Assembly (NCBI GenBank): GCA_963740315.1
Contig: CAVUDP010000002.1
Coordinates: 1,888,001-1,952,000 of the forward strand
Length of the DNA: 64,000 nt
Origin: an uncultured cyanobacterium
Lineage (GTDB): Bacteria; Cyanobacteriota; Cyanobacteriia; Cyanobacteriales; Nostocaceae
Direction: 5' to 3'
Shown here: positions 9,885-19,255 of the stretch, piece after piece
How positions within the stretch are numbered: position 1 is the stretch's first letter
Layout: every line of letters begins with the position of its first letter
Position numbers and translations under genes: made by a program
The notes under the pieces: generated by a model
Database searches by the model: none
The model's input: the letters and a program-made list of their open reading frames with translations, nothing else
What the model was told of the DNA's origin: nothing

Positions 9885-12080
9885 ATGGCTAACAATAATA
9901 ATTTAAAGAAAAATTCCAACAGCTTTAACTTCACCCCGGAATTGGTAAAAGATATTAATCCAGGTAGCGATAGTTCCTTTCCATTTGATTTGTCCGTTTT
10001 TGATGGTAAATTGTTTTTCGCTGCTTCGAGCAACACAAATGACAGGGAACTATGGGTGAGTGACGGCACCGAGAATGGTACTCAACTGGTCAAAGATATT
10101 AACCCAGGCAACGGTTTTGTCTCCCCATCAAATTTGACCGTCTTCAATGAAAAGCTGTTTTTCACTATTTTTAATATCCCTAATGCGAATGAACTATGGG
10201 TAACTGATGGTACCGAAAGTGGTACTCAACTGTTCAAAGATATTAATCCAAACAGCCTTAGTTCCGATCCAGGAAATTTTATAATCTTTGATGATAAGCT
10301 ATTTTTCAAAGCCTTAGAAAACAGTAATGGGATTGAACCGTGGGTAACTGATGGTACCGAGAATGGTACCCAACTGCTTAAAGATATTAATCCGGGCAGT
10401 GGTTTTTCCTTTCCACAAAATTTCACCATCTTTGATGAAAAGTTATTTTTTAGTGCCGATGACGGTGTTACTGGGGATGAACTTTGGGTAACTGACGGCA
10501 CCGAGAATGGTACTCAACTGCTCAAAGATATTATCCCTGGTAGTGATAGTTCCTCTCCAGAAGGTCTTACCGTTCTTAATGACAAACTGTTTTTTGGTGT
10601 TAATAATGCTCAACTATGGGTAACTGATGGTACCGAGAATGGTACTCAACTAGTAAAAGATATTAATACAAGCCGCCGTACATCTTTCCCAGGCGATATA
10701 ACCGTCTTTAATAATAAGCTATTTTTCGTTGCCGATGATGGTATTAGTGGTCCAGAAGTATGGGTAAGTGATGGTACTCCAGATGGTACTCAACTGCTCA
10801 AAGATATAACCCCAGGATCTGATGTAGCCAGCCCAGGAAATTTAACCGTCTTCGATGATAAGCTGTTTTTTACTGCCTTTACTGGCGGCGAAAGTACTGA
10901 ACTATGGGTAACTGATGGTACCGAGAATGGTACTCAACTATTCAAAGATATTAATCCAGGCTTCGGTGGTTCTTCTCCACAAAATTTATCAGTCTTAGAT
11001 GGAAAGCTGTTTTTCACTGCTGATGACGGCACCAATGGTAGGGAATTATGGGTGAGCGACGGTACTGTAAATGGTACTCAACTCGTAGCTGATATTAATC
11101 CTGGTGAAGGTAGTTCTAATCCAGAAGATTTAACGATCTTAGATGGAAAGTTGTTTTTCCGTGCCGATGATGGCACTAATGGGCGCGAGTTGTGGAAGTT
11201 GGATTTAGAGAGTCAGCCAGTAGTCAACCAAATCAAAGGTACGAGGAACGACGATAATATCCAAGGTACCTCCAGCAACGATCAAATCTCCGGTAACAAC
11301 GGTAACGATACTATAAAGGGCGGTCAAGGTAACGATACTATCGAAGGCGGCAGAGGTGGCGATATAATTCGCGGTAATGCAGGTGATGATATTCTTGCAG
11401 CAGACAGAATTGACCGTTTTGATGATTTTGACGGTGAAACCAGCGAACTGCGAGGCGATAACGGTAATGATACTATCTATGGCGGTAGTAAAGATGACTT
11501 AATTGGTGGTGGAAACGATCGCGATTTGCTGTTCGGTAAGAGCGGTAACGATCTAATTCGCGGTGGTAGCGGCGATGATATTCTTAACGGCGGTTTGGGT
11601 AACGACACTTTACGCGGGCAAGATGGTATTGATACGGCAGATTATTCCGACTTAACTTTCAACGGTGTATTTGGAGATATTGCTGGCTTAGATGTAAATC
11701 TATCTCAAAACAGCGCAAAACATTCAAGTAACAACAATTCTCTCACCTGGAATGATACTTTAACCACAATTGAGAATGTAACCGGAACCAGCCGTAACGA
11801 CAGGTTTATTGGTAATGCAGACGATAACCTATTTGATGGAAAAGGTGAAGTTAATAAAGGCGATCGCCAAACCACTTTTACAGATTTAGATGGTGATAAT
11901 TATCAAGTAATTGCAGATGTAGTTGAATATAGCGGATCTCGATCTGAGTTTACTATTCTGGGTTCTACCGACAATTTTACCGTCAGCGGTTCGGGAATTG
12001 GTAACGATACTTTGATTGATATTGAGTTTCTCAAGTTTGATGATGGTTTAGTAGCGGTGAATGATTCTTTGTTTGTTTAA
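9885..12080 (+). CDS. ELWxxDGT-repeat (beta-propeller) protein with RTX/hemolysin-type Ca-binding repeats
   Basis: Eight (E/Q)xWV(S/T)DGT repeats plus one partial, then GGxGxD nonapeptides and a C-terminal DTLIDIEFLKFDD motif; RBS AGGAG upstream. Confidence 0.92.
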   Translation: MANNNNLKKNSNSFNFTPELVKDINPGSDSSFPFDLSVFDGKLFFAASSNTNDRELWVSDGTENGTQLVKDINPGNGFVSPSNLTVFNEKLFFTIFNIPNANELWVTDGTESGTQLFKDINPNSLSSDPGNFIIFDDKLFFKALENSNGIEPWVTDGTENGTQLLKDINPGSGFSFPQNFTIFDEKLFFSADDGVTGDELWVTDGTENGTQLLKDIIPGSDSSSPEGLTVLNDKLFFGVNNAQLWVTDGTENGTQLVKDINTSRRTSFPGDITVFNNKLFFVADDGISGPEVWVSDGTPDGTQLLKDITPGSDVASPGNLTVFDDKLFFTAFTGGESTELWVTDGTENGTQLFKDINPGFGGSSPQNLSVLDGKLFFTADDGTNGRELWVSDGTVNGTQLVADINPGEGSSNPEDLTILDGKLFFRADDGTNGRELWKLDLESQPVVNQIKGTRNDDNIQGTSSNDQISGNNGNDTIKGGQGNDTIEGGRGGDIIRGNAGDDILAADRIDRFDDFDGETSELRGDNGNDTIYGGSKDDLIGGGNDRDLLFGKSGNDLIRGGSGDDILNGGLGNDTLRGQDGIDTADYSDLTFNGVFGDIAGLDVNLSQNSAKHSSNNNSLTWNDTLTTIENVTGTSRNDRFIGNADDNLFDGKGEVNKGDRQTTFTDLDGDNYQVIADVVEYSGSRSEFTILGSTDNFTVSGSGIGNDTLIDIEFLKFDDGLVAVNDSLFV

Positions 12081-12086
12081 ATAATA

Positions 12087-12163
12087 ATTTTTCGTGATTC
12101 CGCAAAATGTAGAGACGCGATATATCGCGTCTCTACACGTTGATTTGTAAACTAATAAATTAT
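12087..12163 (+). repeat. 77-bp dispersed repeat with GTAG REP core, copy 2
   Basis: ATTTTTCGTGATTCCGCAAAATGTAGAGACGCGATATATCGCGTCTCTACACGTTGA..; direct orientation to 9011-9087. Confidence 0.75.
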
Positions 12164-12186
12164 TATCTCCCCCGAACCCCCGAACC

Positions 12187-13110
12187 CTATCTCGCTTTCC
12201 CATACAAAGCCTTTTCCGAAGCAAATTGCTTTGCAGCTTCTAATAAATATTCAAAATAGGCACGTGCAACAATAGACAACTGTTTTCCATTGGGATAAAC
12301 CATATACCAATCGCGTTTTATAGGAAAATATTCTACATCTAAAACAGTTAAATCTTCTGCATAGGGCATCAAGGTATGACGAGATAAAACGGAGATTCCC
12401 AAACCTCCGGCGATCGCTTGTTTTATCGCTTCATTACTGCCCAATTCCAATTTTACCTTGACTTTAACATCGTTTTCATCAAACAATTTTTGCACCGCCC
12501 TTCTTGTTCCCGAACCGGGTTCGCGCATAATAAAAGGTTCATTTGACAGCCTTGATATCGGGATATTCTTTTGGGAGGCTAAAGGATGATTAACTGGCGC
12601 TAAAACAACTAAAGGATTTTCTAAAAATGCTTCGCAATTAATATCAAGATGTTCTGGAATTTGACTCATAATATATAAATCATCTTGATTGCTCGTCATT
12701 CGTTCCAGAATCCCTTCATGATTGGTTACTTGTAAAGAGATTTCAATTCCCGGATAAAGTTGACAAAATGAGCCTAATAAACGTGGAATAAAATATTTTG
12801 CTGTTGTAATTACTGCTAAACGTAATTGTCCTTGTTTTAAACCTTTTAAATCCGCTACTTTCATTTCAAACTGAGCCAAAGTATTAAAAATTTCTTGGCA
12901 AGTAGCAGATAATTCTCGCCCTGCTTCCGTAAGATATAAGCGCTTACCGACTTGTTCAAATAAGGGAATTCCCACCGATTTTGTCAGTTGTTTTATCTGC
13001 ATGGAAATGGTGGGTTGTGTAAGAAACAACTCTTCGGCAGCACGAGTAAAACTACCGTGTCGTGCCGCTGCTTCAAACACTCTCAACTGGTGCAGCGTCG
13101 CCTGATTCAA
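12187..13110 (-). CDS. cmpR: LysR-type (CbbR subfamily) regulator, CmpR-like
   Basis: ATLHQLRVFEAAARHGSFTRAAEELFLTQP HTH, REPGSGTR and SNEAIKQ motifs; position downstream of ccmO matches the Anabaena cmpR locus. Confidence 0.8.
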   Translation of the reverse strand: MNQATLHQLRVFEAAARHGSFTRAAEELFLTQPTISMQIKQLTKSVGIPLFEQVGKRLYLTEAGRELSATCQEIFNTLAQFEMKVADLKGLKQGQLRLAVITTAKYFIPRLLGSFCQLYPGIEISLQVTNHEGILERMTSNQDDLYIMSQIPEHLDINCEAFLENPLVVLAPVNHPLASQKNIPISRLSNEPFIMREPGSGTRRAVQKLFDENDVKVKVKLELGSNEAIKQAIAGGLGISVLSRHTLMPYAEDLTVLDVEYFPIKRDWYMVYPNGKQLSIVARAYFEYLLEAAKQFASEKALYGKAR

Positions 13111-13254
13111 TGGTGATTATCCTCTAATAACATTTAATTAAGAAGAATAAAAAAGCATCTCGATAAAAATGCTCTTTCATCGTCATATTTATAAGTATTA
13201 CCGAATAATCAACCTAAAAGCAGCTTTTACTCATGAAAAAAATCTGACGCTTTA

Positions 13255-13303
13255 CATAGATAATACTCTATGATTGTTATTCAATAATAGGTATTTTCTT
13301 TAT
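13255..13303. promoter_or_regulatory. CmpR/CcmR-type operator ATAG-N8-CTAT plus a second degenerate site
   Basis: cATAG-ATAATACT-CTATg at 13255-13272 and ATAG-N9-TTAT at 13287-13303, about 150-190 nt upstream of cmpR. Confidence 0.7.
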
Positions 13304-13407
13304 GCTGCTGAAAAGTTATTATTGAAACTAACGGAAATTGCAAACAGTGCATTCGGGCTAAAAGATAAAAATAATAACTTAATGTCTTATGCCTTATTCC
13401 CTATTCC

Positions 13408-14208
13408 CTATTCCAACTCACCCATTTCTAATCTTTCAACCTCCGGAAAGATTGTGACTTCTTCAATTACTTTTTCAGGTAACTTATTTAATTCTGGCAA
13501 TTCTAATAATTCGGCTTCTCCAATTTGCTCTTTAATGCTAATTGGTAATCTTACTGGTTGACGTTCTTCAATCCAACAACTTGCTACTGGCAAGGTTTGC
13601 TCTAATTCATCCAGCGGACGAGGTATCACCATTACAGCATTTAAATCTCCAATACGTTCTGCTTCGTACATTCCTGCTTCTACCGCTACTGCAACATTTG
13701 CTACAGAACCGCGAATAATTGCAGTACACAAAGCCGAACCAATTTTTTCATAAGCCGCTAACTGAACGTCTGCTGATTTAAGCATGGCATCAGAGGCTCC
13801 CACCATCGCCGGAAAACCAACTGTTTCAACCAAACCCACTGCTTGATTGCTCAATCTATTAAAGCTTGCACCTTCAGCAATATCACTTAAGCGAGTAGTA
13901 ATAGGCAATACTAAATTTAAATTGGGATAGGGACGAGGTATTACTAAACTAGAAACAAATTGTCCGAATTGCTTGGCAGTTTGTTCGCCAGATTCTACCG
14001 CCAAACGTACATCAGCGACTCCACCTCGAATCACAGCCGTACAATGTCCCCCACCAATTTTTTCATATCCAATTAAGTGAACGCCAGCAGATTTAAGCAT
14101 CATATCCGCCGTTCCCACAATGGCAGGGAAACTTATAGTAGATACCAATCCTAAAGCGGTATCTTTTATATCGCGATTCTGTGATGAAGATTGATTATAT
14201 GAGTGCAT
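13408..14208 (-). CDS. ccmO: Carboxysome tandem-BMC shell protein CcmO
   Basis: Two BMC domains (ALGLVST..FPAIVGTADMMLKSA; AVGLVET..FPAMVGASDAMLKSA). ATG at 14208 preferred over the upstream TTG. Confidence 0.93.
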   Translation of the reverse strand: MHSYNQSSSQNRDIKDTALGLVSTISFPAIVGTADMMLKSAGVHLIGYEKIGGGHCTAVIRGGVADVRLAVESGEQTAKQFGQFVSSLVIPRPYPNLNLVLPITTRLSDIAEGASFNRLSNQAVGLVETVGFPAMVGASDAMLKSADVQLAAYEKIGSALCTAIIRGSVANVAVAVEAGMYEAERIGDLNAVMVIPRPLDELEQTLPVASCWIEERQPVRLPISIKEQIGEAELLELPELNKLPEKVIEEVTIFPEVERLEMGELE

Positions 14209-14453
14209 TTTAATTTTTCCCCAATACTCCAACTAATAAAAAAAATGAAGGATAAAAATAAACATTATGAATTTACACCTTACACTTCATCCTAGCTTCT
14301 ATAAAAGATGAAGGATGAAGCGTAGAAAATATCAATAAGCCTGCTCGACAAAAGTAAACAAATATTTATTTATCCAATTAATTGGTTATTGGAGGTATGT
14401 TTTTACGCAATTTACTACAGAGACTATAACTCTAATTCATATGCCGATTTAAT

Positions 14454-15224
14454 TCATCCTTCTTCAGATTCATCGCTTTGAGTTGTATTCAAAGATTGTC
14501 GGTGAGGAAATAAAGTTGTCAGCAGACTTTTAATATTACTTCTTCCATAGATATGATTTCCCGCACCGTTTGAATTAGCATTGGATGGTTTTTCTATTGA
14601 TTCTTCTGTATTTGTACCTTCTTCTGATACCTCCGAGGATAATGTTTCCTCTGTTGAATCTTTGACGGCAGAATACGAAATCGGAGACGGATTAAAGTAA
14701 GGACGAGGTGAGGGGGTGAGTGGAGGAGTGGTATAAATTGAAGCATCGGTAGCATAAGGATTAGAGATTTCTGATTCGGCTTCCTTGGCTGATGCTGACT
14801 CTGGTTGAACTACAGGTAACTGAGACTGCTTGAGTTTACCATTCATTTCTTTGGTGGAAGGTTCGCTCAAAGTTCTACTAGTGTCCCCAATAACCGAACC
14901 CGCTGGAACTACTTTTCCCGGCTCCACGGAAGCACGAAAGACAGTTGTAGACGAGCCGATACAAGCATTTGCACCAATTTTACCCGCACCAACCATCAGG
15001 AAACCGGCTCCTAAATTTGCTCCCGATTCTATTTCTAAAGTTCCTGTATCTACCTGGAGAATTGACCCCATACCAATACAAACTCCAGAACCGATAATTA
15101 TTTTACTGTTAGGAGCCGCTTGCATTATTACCCCAGGGGCGATAACTGCACTTGCATGAAGAATCACCTCGCCACTGAAAAAAGTCTCGAAATTGTTACA
15201 TAAACGCAGTGGCGGCACGGACAT
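14454..15224 (-). CDS. ccmN: Carboxysome assembly protein CcmN
   Basis: MSVPPL start with GAGG RBS, hexapeptide repeats, C-terminal encapsulation peptide IYGRSNIKSLLTTLFPHRQ. The longer ORF-track start is translated STRR. Confidence 0.93.
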   Translation of the reverse strand: MSVPPLRLCNNFETFFSGEVILHASAVIAPGVIMQAAPNSKIIIGSGVCIGMGSILQVDTGTLEIESGANLGAGFLMVGAGKIGANACIGSSTTVFRASVEPGKVVPAGSVIGDTSRTLSEPSTKEMNGKLKQSQLPVVQPESASAKEAESEISNPYATDASIYTTPPLTPSPRPYFNPSPISYSAVKDSTEETLSSEVSEEGTNTEESIEKPSNANSNGAGNHIYGRSNIKSLLTTLFPHRQSLNTTQSDESEEG

Positions 15225-15243
15225 GATATTTTTTACCTCGTGA

Positions 15244-15420
15244 GTGGAGGATGGGGGGATGGGGGGATGGGGAGATGGGGGGATGGGGAGATGGGGAGAC
15301 AAGGGGACAAGGAGACGGGGAGAATTTTTAAATATAAATTTTTAACTCCTAACTCCGGTGGTCCTAACTCTTAACCTTTAACATGCAGACCTATTCCCCA
15401 TCCCCCATCCCCAATCCCCA
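15244..15420. repeat. Composite STRR spacer with a 66-bp element (15317-15382) that is an inverted copy of 21138-21203
   Basis: GGGGGAT/GGGGAGAT units plus a core matching the ndhF4-ndhD4 spacer at 65 of 66 nt by manual alignment. Confidence 0.85.
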
Positions 15421-15421
15421 A

Positions 15422-17227
15422 TTACGGACGTTGAATGATGGTTTCTACTACGCGACGCTTGAGTTTGGGTTCGACTCCAATTAGGCGGACGTATTCTCCT
15501 GAATATTCTCCTAGATAAGATTCTAAGATGCTTACTACTTCTCCTTCGGATTTTGAATCGATTTGTCCGCAGCTTGCCCAAGTACCTGTACGGAAGCGAC
15601 GTTTGTCTACATGTTCGGCGCTAATTTTATAGCCACCGCGCAAAAGATTGCGAACTTCGTCTATAACTTCGGCGCTTAATCGAGTGTTGGTAAGAGTTGC
15701 CGTAGTTCCACTCTCGAAACCGACACCGTACCTCCTTACTTCGGGGGTAAATGTAGCAGCAGAGTCTCGTGGAACATTAGTCGCGGGACGGTATGAACCA
15801 CCGTTACCGTTAGACGAGCCGTTACTCGAACCTTCTGGACGCTGAATAATGGTTTCCAATACTCGCCGTCTGGCTTTAGGATCGATACCAATCAAACGCA
15901 CGTATTCGCCTTGATGGCTTTTCATGCATTCTTCTAAAGCTGAAATAGCTTCACTAGCATTCTTTGATTCGATTGGGCTACAGCTTTGCCAAGAACCCGT
16001 GCGGAAGCGTCGTTTATCTACGTGTTCCATGCCGATTCTGTAACCACCTGATAGCAAGTTACGAACGTGGTCTATAGTTTCGCTACTTAGTTGAGAACTA
16101 CCATTGGTGTAGTTACCATTGTTAGTGCTTCTGTAGCTACTATTGCTGTAAGTACTATTGCTATGGCTGCTATGGCTGCTGTGGCTGCTACGACTACTAC
16201 CATATCCACCATTGCTGGGTTTTGGAGGTGTGGTATAGGTAGATGTTGTAGTTGGTTTTGTCGAACCATCGGGGCGTTGAATGATTGTTTCTAATACCCG
16301 TTTTTTCTGTTTGGTGTCGATACCAAATAAGCGCACGTATTCGCCTTGATGTTCGTTCATGCAGCCTTCTAACGCCGATACTGCATCGCCGATATTTCTG
16401 GCTTCGATGGGATGACAACTATGCCAAGTACCCGTGCGAAAACGTCTTTGATCTACGTGTTCGGTACCGATTTGATATCCTTGCTCCAACAGATAGCGCA
16501 CCTGCTCTACTGTTTGATTGTCTAAGCCACTGTTATACACTTCAATACTCCTTTGCTTTAGCGTTAGCGAATCGTTATCTTTGTTTGTATTATAGATGTC
16601 TATTTTTTCACGTACTTTTGTAATACATTTAGTATCTTCGGCACAAAGATAACCCGCTCTGAGTGCCTGATTTACTCCTACTACATGATGAGCAAATTCT
16701 TTATCTTGTGGATTTACATCTGGCAAGCGATCGGCTTGCTGTTGGCTGATAATAACGGCTCCGGAAGGTACATATTTGCCGGGAGGAATTTCTACATCTT
16801 GGACTAAGGCGTGCATCATCACGATACAGCCATCGCCGACTCTGGCATTAAATATCGTCGAACGAAAGCCGATAAAGCAGTTATTACCGATGTAACATGG
16901 TCCGTGAATCAGAGCCATGTGGGTAATACAACTGTCTTTACCTATCCATACTGAGTATTCTTTTTTGTTGTCTCCCAGTACCCGACCTTGCTCCAAGCCG
17001 TGTATTACAACGCCATCTTGAATATTAGTATTTTCATTGATAAAAAACGGCGTTCCCTCATCCGCTCGTACCGAACTCCCTGGAGCAACAATTACATTAG
17101 AACTGATTTCAACATCGCCAATAATATGGGAAAAGGAATGTACGAAAGCAGTTTCATGAATTCGCGGTTCAGCTAAATCATTCGACCACGGGGTTGGGGG
17201 AGCCGCCGTCATGCTGCGGACTCTCAT
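15422..17227 (-). CDS. ccmM: Carboxysome scaffold CcmM (gamma-CA domain plus three RbcS-like repeats)
   Basis: [18 protein letters not shown] and HMALIHGP motifs; three EHVDxRRFRTG(T/S)W repeats; GAGGAG RBS before ATG 17227. Confidence 0.97.
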   Translation of the reverse strand: MRVRSMTAAPPTPWSNDLAEPRIHETAFVHSFSHIIGDVEISSNVIVAPGSSVRADEGTPFFINENTNIQDGVVIHGLEQGRVLGDNKKEYSVWIGKDSCITHMALIHGPCYIGNNCFIGFRSTIFNARVGDGCIVMMHALVQDVEIPPGKYVPSGAVIISQQQADRLPDVNPQDKEFAHHVVGVNQALRAGYLCAEDTKCITKVREKIDIYNTNKDNDSLTLKQRSIEVYNSGLDNQTVEQVRYLLEQGYQIGTEHVDQRRFRTGTWHSCHPIEARNIGDAVSALEGCMNEHQGEYVRLFGIDTKQKKRVLETIIQRPDGSTKPTTTSTYTTPPKPSNGGYGSSRSSHSSHSSHSNSTYSNSSYRSTNNGNYTNGSSQLSSETIDHVRNLLSGGYRIGMEHVDKRRFRTGSWQSCSPIESKNASEAISALEECMKSHQGEYVRLIGIDPKARRRVLETIIQRPEGSSNGSSNGNGGSYRPATNVPRDSAATFTPEVRRYGVGFESGTTATLTNTRLSAEVIDEVRNLLRGGYKISAEHVDKRRFRTGTWASCGQIDSKSEGEVVSILESYLGEYSGEYVRLIGVEPKLKRRVVETIIQRP

Positions 17228-17249
17228 AGCGTTGTTTCTCCTCAAATGC

Positions 17250-17352
17250 GGTTAGTTGTTAGTTGTGAGTTAGGAGTTAGAAGTTATGAGTTATTAGTTG
17301 TTTTACTAATTGCTTACAACTATCTACTAACAACTATTCACTAACAACTAAC
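17250..17352. repeat. STRR heptamer arrays in inverted arrangement (GTTAGTT / AACAACT)
   Basis: Tandem heptamers in the ccmL-ccmM spacer. Confidence 0.7.
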
Positions 17353-17354
17353 TA

Positions 17355-17654
17355 TTAATATTGTTCTTTTTTGCTGTAGATTTGACGATTTTCAACGTAA
17401 ACTGTATCAATTATTGCTACTACTGCTGCGTCAATTGGACGCTGTTCGTTGCCATAAACTTGACGCGCAGCGCTGCCACGGCTGACGAGTACCCACTCAT
17501 CTACACCCGCACCAACAGCATCTGCCGCCACTTCGTATTCCGGCTGAACGCGCCCTTCTTCATCTATTAGCTGTAGCAGCAGCAGTTTGACTCCTCTAAA
17601 ACTTGGGTCTTTTTGCGTGCTAGATACCGTACCGCGAACTTTAGCAATTTGCAT
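17355..17654 (-). CDS. ccmL: Carboxysome pentameric vertex protein CcmL
   Basis: MQIAKVRGTV..VAADAVGAGVDEWVLVSRGSAAR..DAAVVAIID. Confidence 0.97.
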   Translation of the reverse strand: MQIAKVRGTVSSTQKDPSFRGVKLLLLQLIDEEGRVQPEYEVAADAVGAGVDEWVLVSRGSAARQVYGNEQRPIDAAVVAIIDTVYVENRQIYSKKEQY

Positions 17655-17666
17655 TCCTTTACAATA

Positions 17667-18011
17667 TTACGGTCTGCCGCCATAAGGACGAATTGCGTTG
17701 ACGTTTTCCCGGAATTGCTCTACATCTTCGGTATATCTAATCGGTAGAACGTATTCGAGGTTTTCGTGGGGACGAGCGATGATGTGAGTAGACAATACTT
17801 GTCCGCCGTTAACTCGCTTCACCGACTCAACTCCCGCTCCAACGCTCGCTTGTACTTCAGATACGTCTCCTCTGACAATCACGGTTACGCGCCCAGTACC
17901 AATTTTTTCGTATCCCACCAAGGTTACGCGAGCAGCTTTCACCATCGCATCTGCTGCTTCTACAACTGCTGGAAAACCCAGAGTTTCAACCATTCCGACT
18001 GCAATCGACAT
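17667..18011 (-). CDS. ccmK1: Carboxysome hexameric shell protein CcmK1
   Basis: BMC domain with C-terminal extension [15 protein letters not shown] (114 aa). Confidence 0.93.
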   Translation of the reverse strand: MSIAVGMVETLGFPAVVEAADAMVKAARVTLVGYEKIGTGRVTVIVRGDVSEVQASVGAGVESVKRVNGGQVLSTHIIARPHENLEYVLPIRYTEDVEQFRENVNAIRPYGGRP

Positions 18012-18336
18012 TACTTTTAATCCTCAAATATCTTGCTAAAACCGCGCACTACGGCATTTCAACTTTAAGAAGTTAACCGCTTGAAAAAAACTGTTAAACC
18101 ATACAGTAAAAACTTAGCGATCGGCAGTTTCGTCTACAAAAGGGGGATAGTCGGGCAAACCATACAGTTCGACCAATAATTCCCAGCGATCGGCAGTAAT
18201 TTTAACTACTAGACTTTCAATAAATATTCAATTTTTACAGAAATGATTTACTGTAATAATGGCATTTTTCTGATTTTTGCTCTAATTCCCTCTGCATAAA
18301 TCCAATATTCGCCCAATCCTGATTTATTCAAAACCG

Positions 18337-18645
18337 TTAAGTTCGGAATTGTTCCACTGCTTCGGTATACCTGATCGGCAGAACGTATTCCAAGTTCTCG
18401 TGAGGACGGGCAATAATGTGAGTGGAAACAACTTCACCACCGTTTACTCTTCTTGCTGCTTCGATACCTGCTGCAACTGAAGCTTGTACCTCCGAAACAT
18501 CTCCCCGAACAATTACAGTTACGCGGGCACTACCGATTTTTTCGTAGCCCACCAAGGTAACGCGAGCGGCTTTCACCATCGCATCCGCTGCTTCTACTAC
18601 TGCCGGGAACCCCTTGGTTTCAATCATTCCAACTGCTATAGGCAT
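18337..18645 (-). CDS. ccmK2: Carboxysome hexameric shell protein CcmK2
   Basis: 102-aa BMC domain, [20 protein letters not shown]. Confidence 0.93.
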   Translation of the reverse strand: MPIAVGMIETKGFPAVVEAADAMVKAARVTLVGYEKIGSARVTVIVRGDVSEVQASVAAGIEAARRVNGGEVVSTHIIARPHENLEYVLPIRYTEAVEQFRT

Positions 18646-18743
18646 TTACAGACTCCAACAAGTTAATTCGATTCGTACTTTAGAGACGAAGGTTTTTCTG
18701 ACGGGGATGCTCATGAGAGCTTAAAAAAAAACCTTCTTAAATA

Positions 18744-18772
18744 AGCATATGAAAGCTTTGCACCCCTTGCAA
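18744..18772 (-). promoter_or_regulatory. Candidate sigma70-type promoter of the ccm operon
   Basis: Minus strand TTGCAA-N17-TATGCT, about 100 nt upstream of ccmK2. Confidence 0.5.
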
Positions 18773-19255
18773 TATAAATTAGTATAATAGTTTGTAATAA
18801 AAGCATTTTAAAAAACTTAACATAACTTTGAGGGGCACTTACTCCATTAAAGAAATTTACAATTTCTAGAGTAGCCACTTATGCTTTATAATTTCTTTAT
18901 TACATTTGCCCAAACTAGGTTCGTAGAGTCGTAAATTAAGTAGGCACGAGGAATGACTTCACCCCCAAAGGGTAAGAACTAAGTCTTTCCTCTAGAATAG
19001 TTATTGGTGCAAAACAGACATATATAAGTTTTTCCCAGTGGATAGATAAATTGAAATATTTCAATTAGGAAATGCCAAACAATGAGTCAGGATGATTTAT
19101 TCAAAAAAATGATTTTTTGGTTTAGTAAGCTTTGGTAAATTATAGCCAAAAAAAGAATAATTTTAGAAAATACAGCTTTGTGAAATAAATGTAGACTGTA
19201 TCGAGTATTGCTGACGGGGAAATTTATGAAAGGCTATTTGTAGCGGTTAATTTAG

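Noticed and set aside
9930..11200. Regularly spaced near-identical DNA repeats (TGGGTAACTGATGGTACCGAGAATGGTACTCAACT) resembling a CRISPR array
   Set aside because: They are in-frame coding repeats of the ELWxxDGT protein, the intervening sequences are homologous to each other, and no cas genes are present.
15225..15302. Pro-rich N-terminal extension of CcmN in the ORF track
   Set aside because: Translated STRR; the conserved start MSVPPL with an RBS is at 15224.
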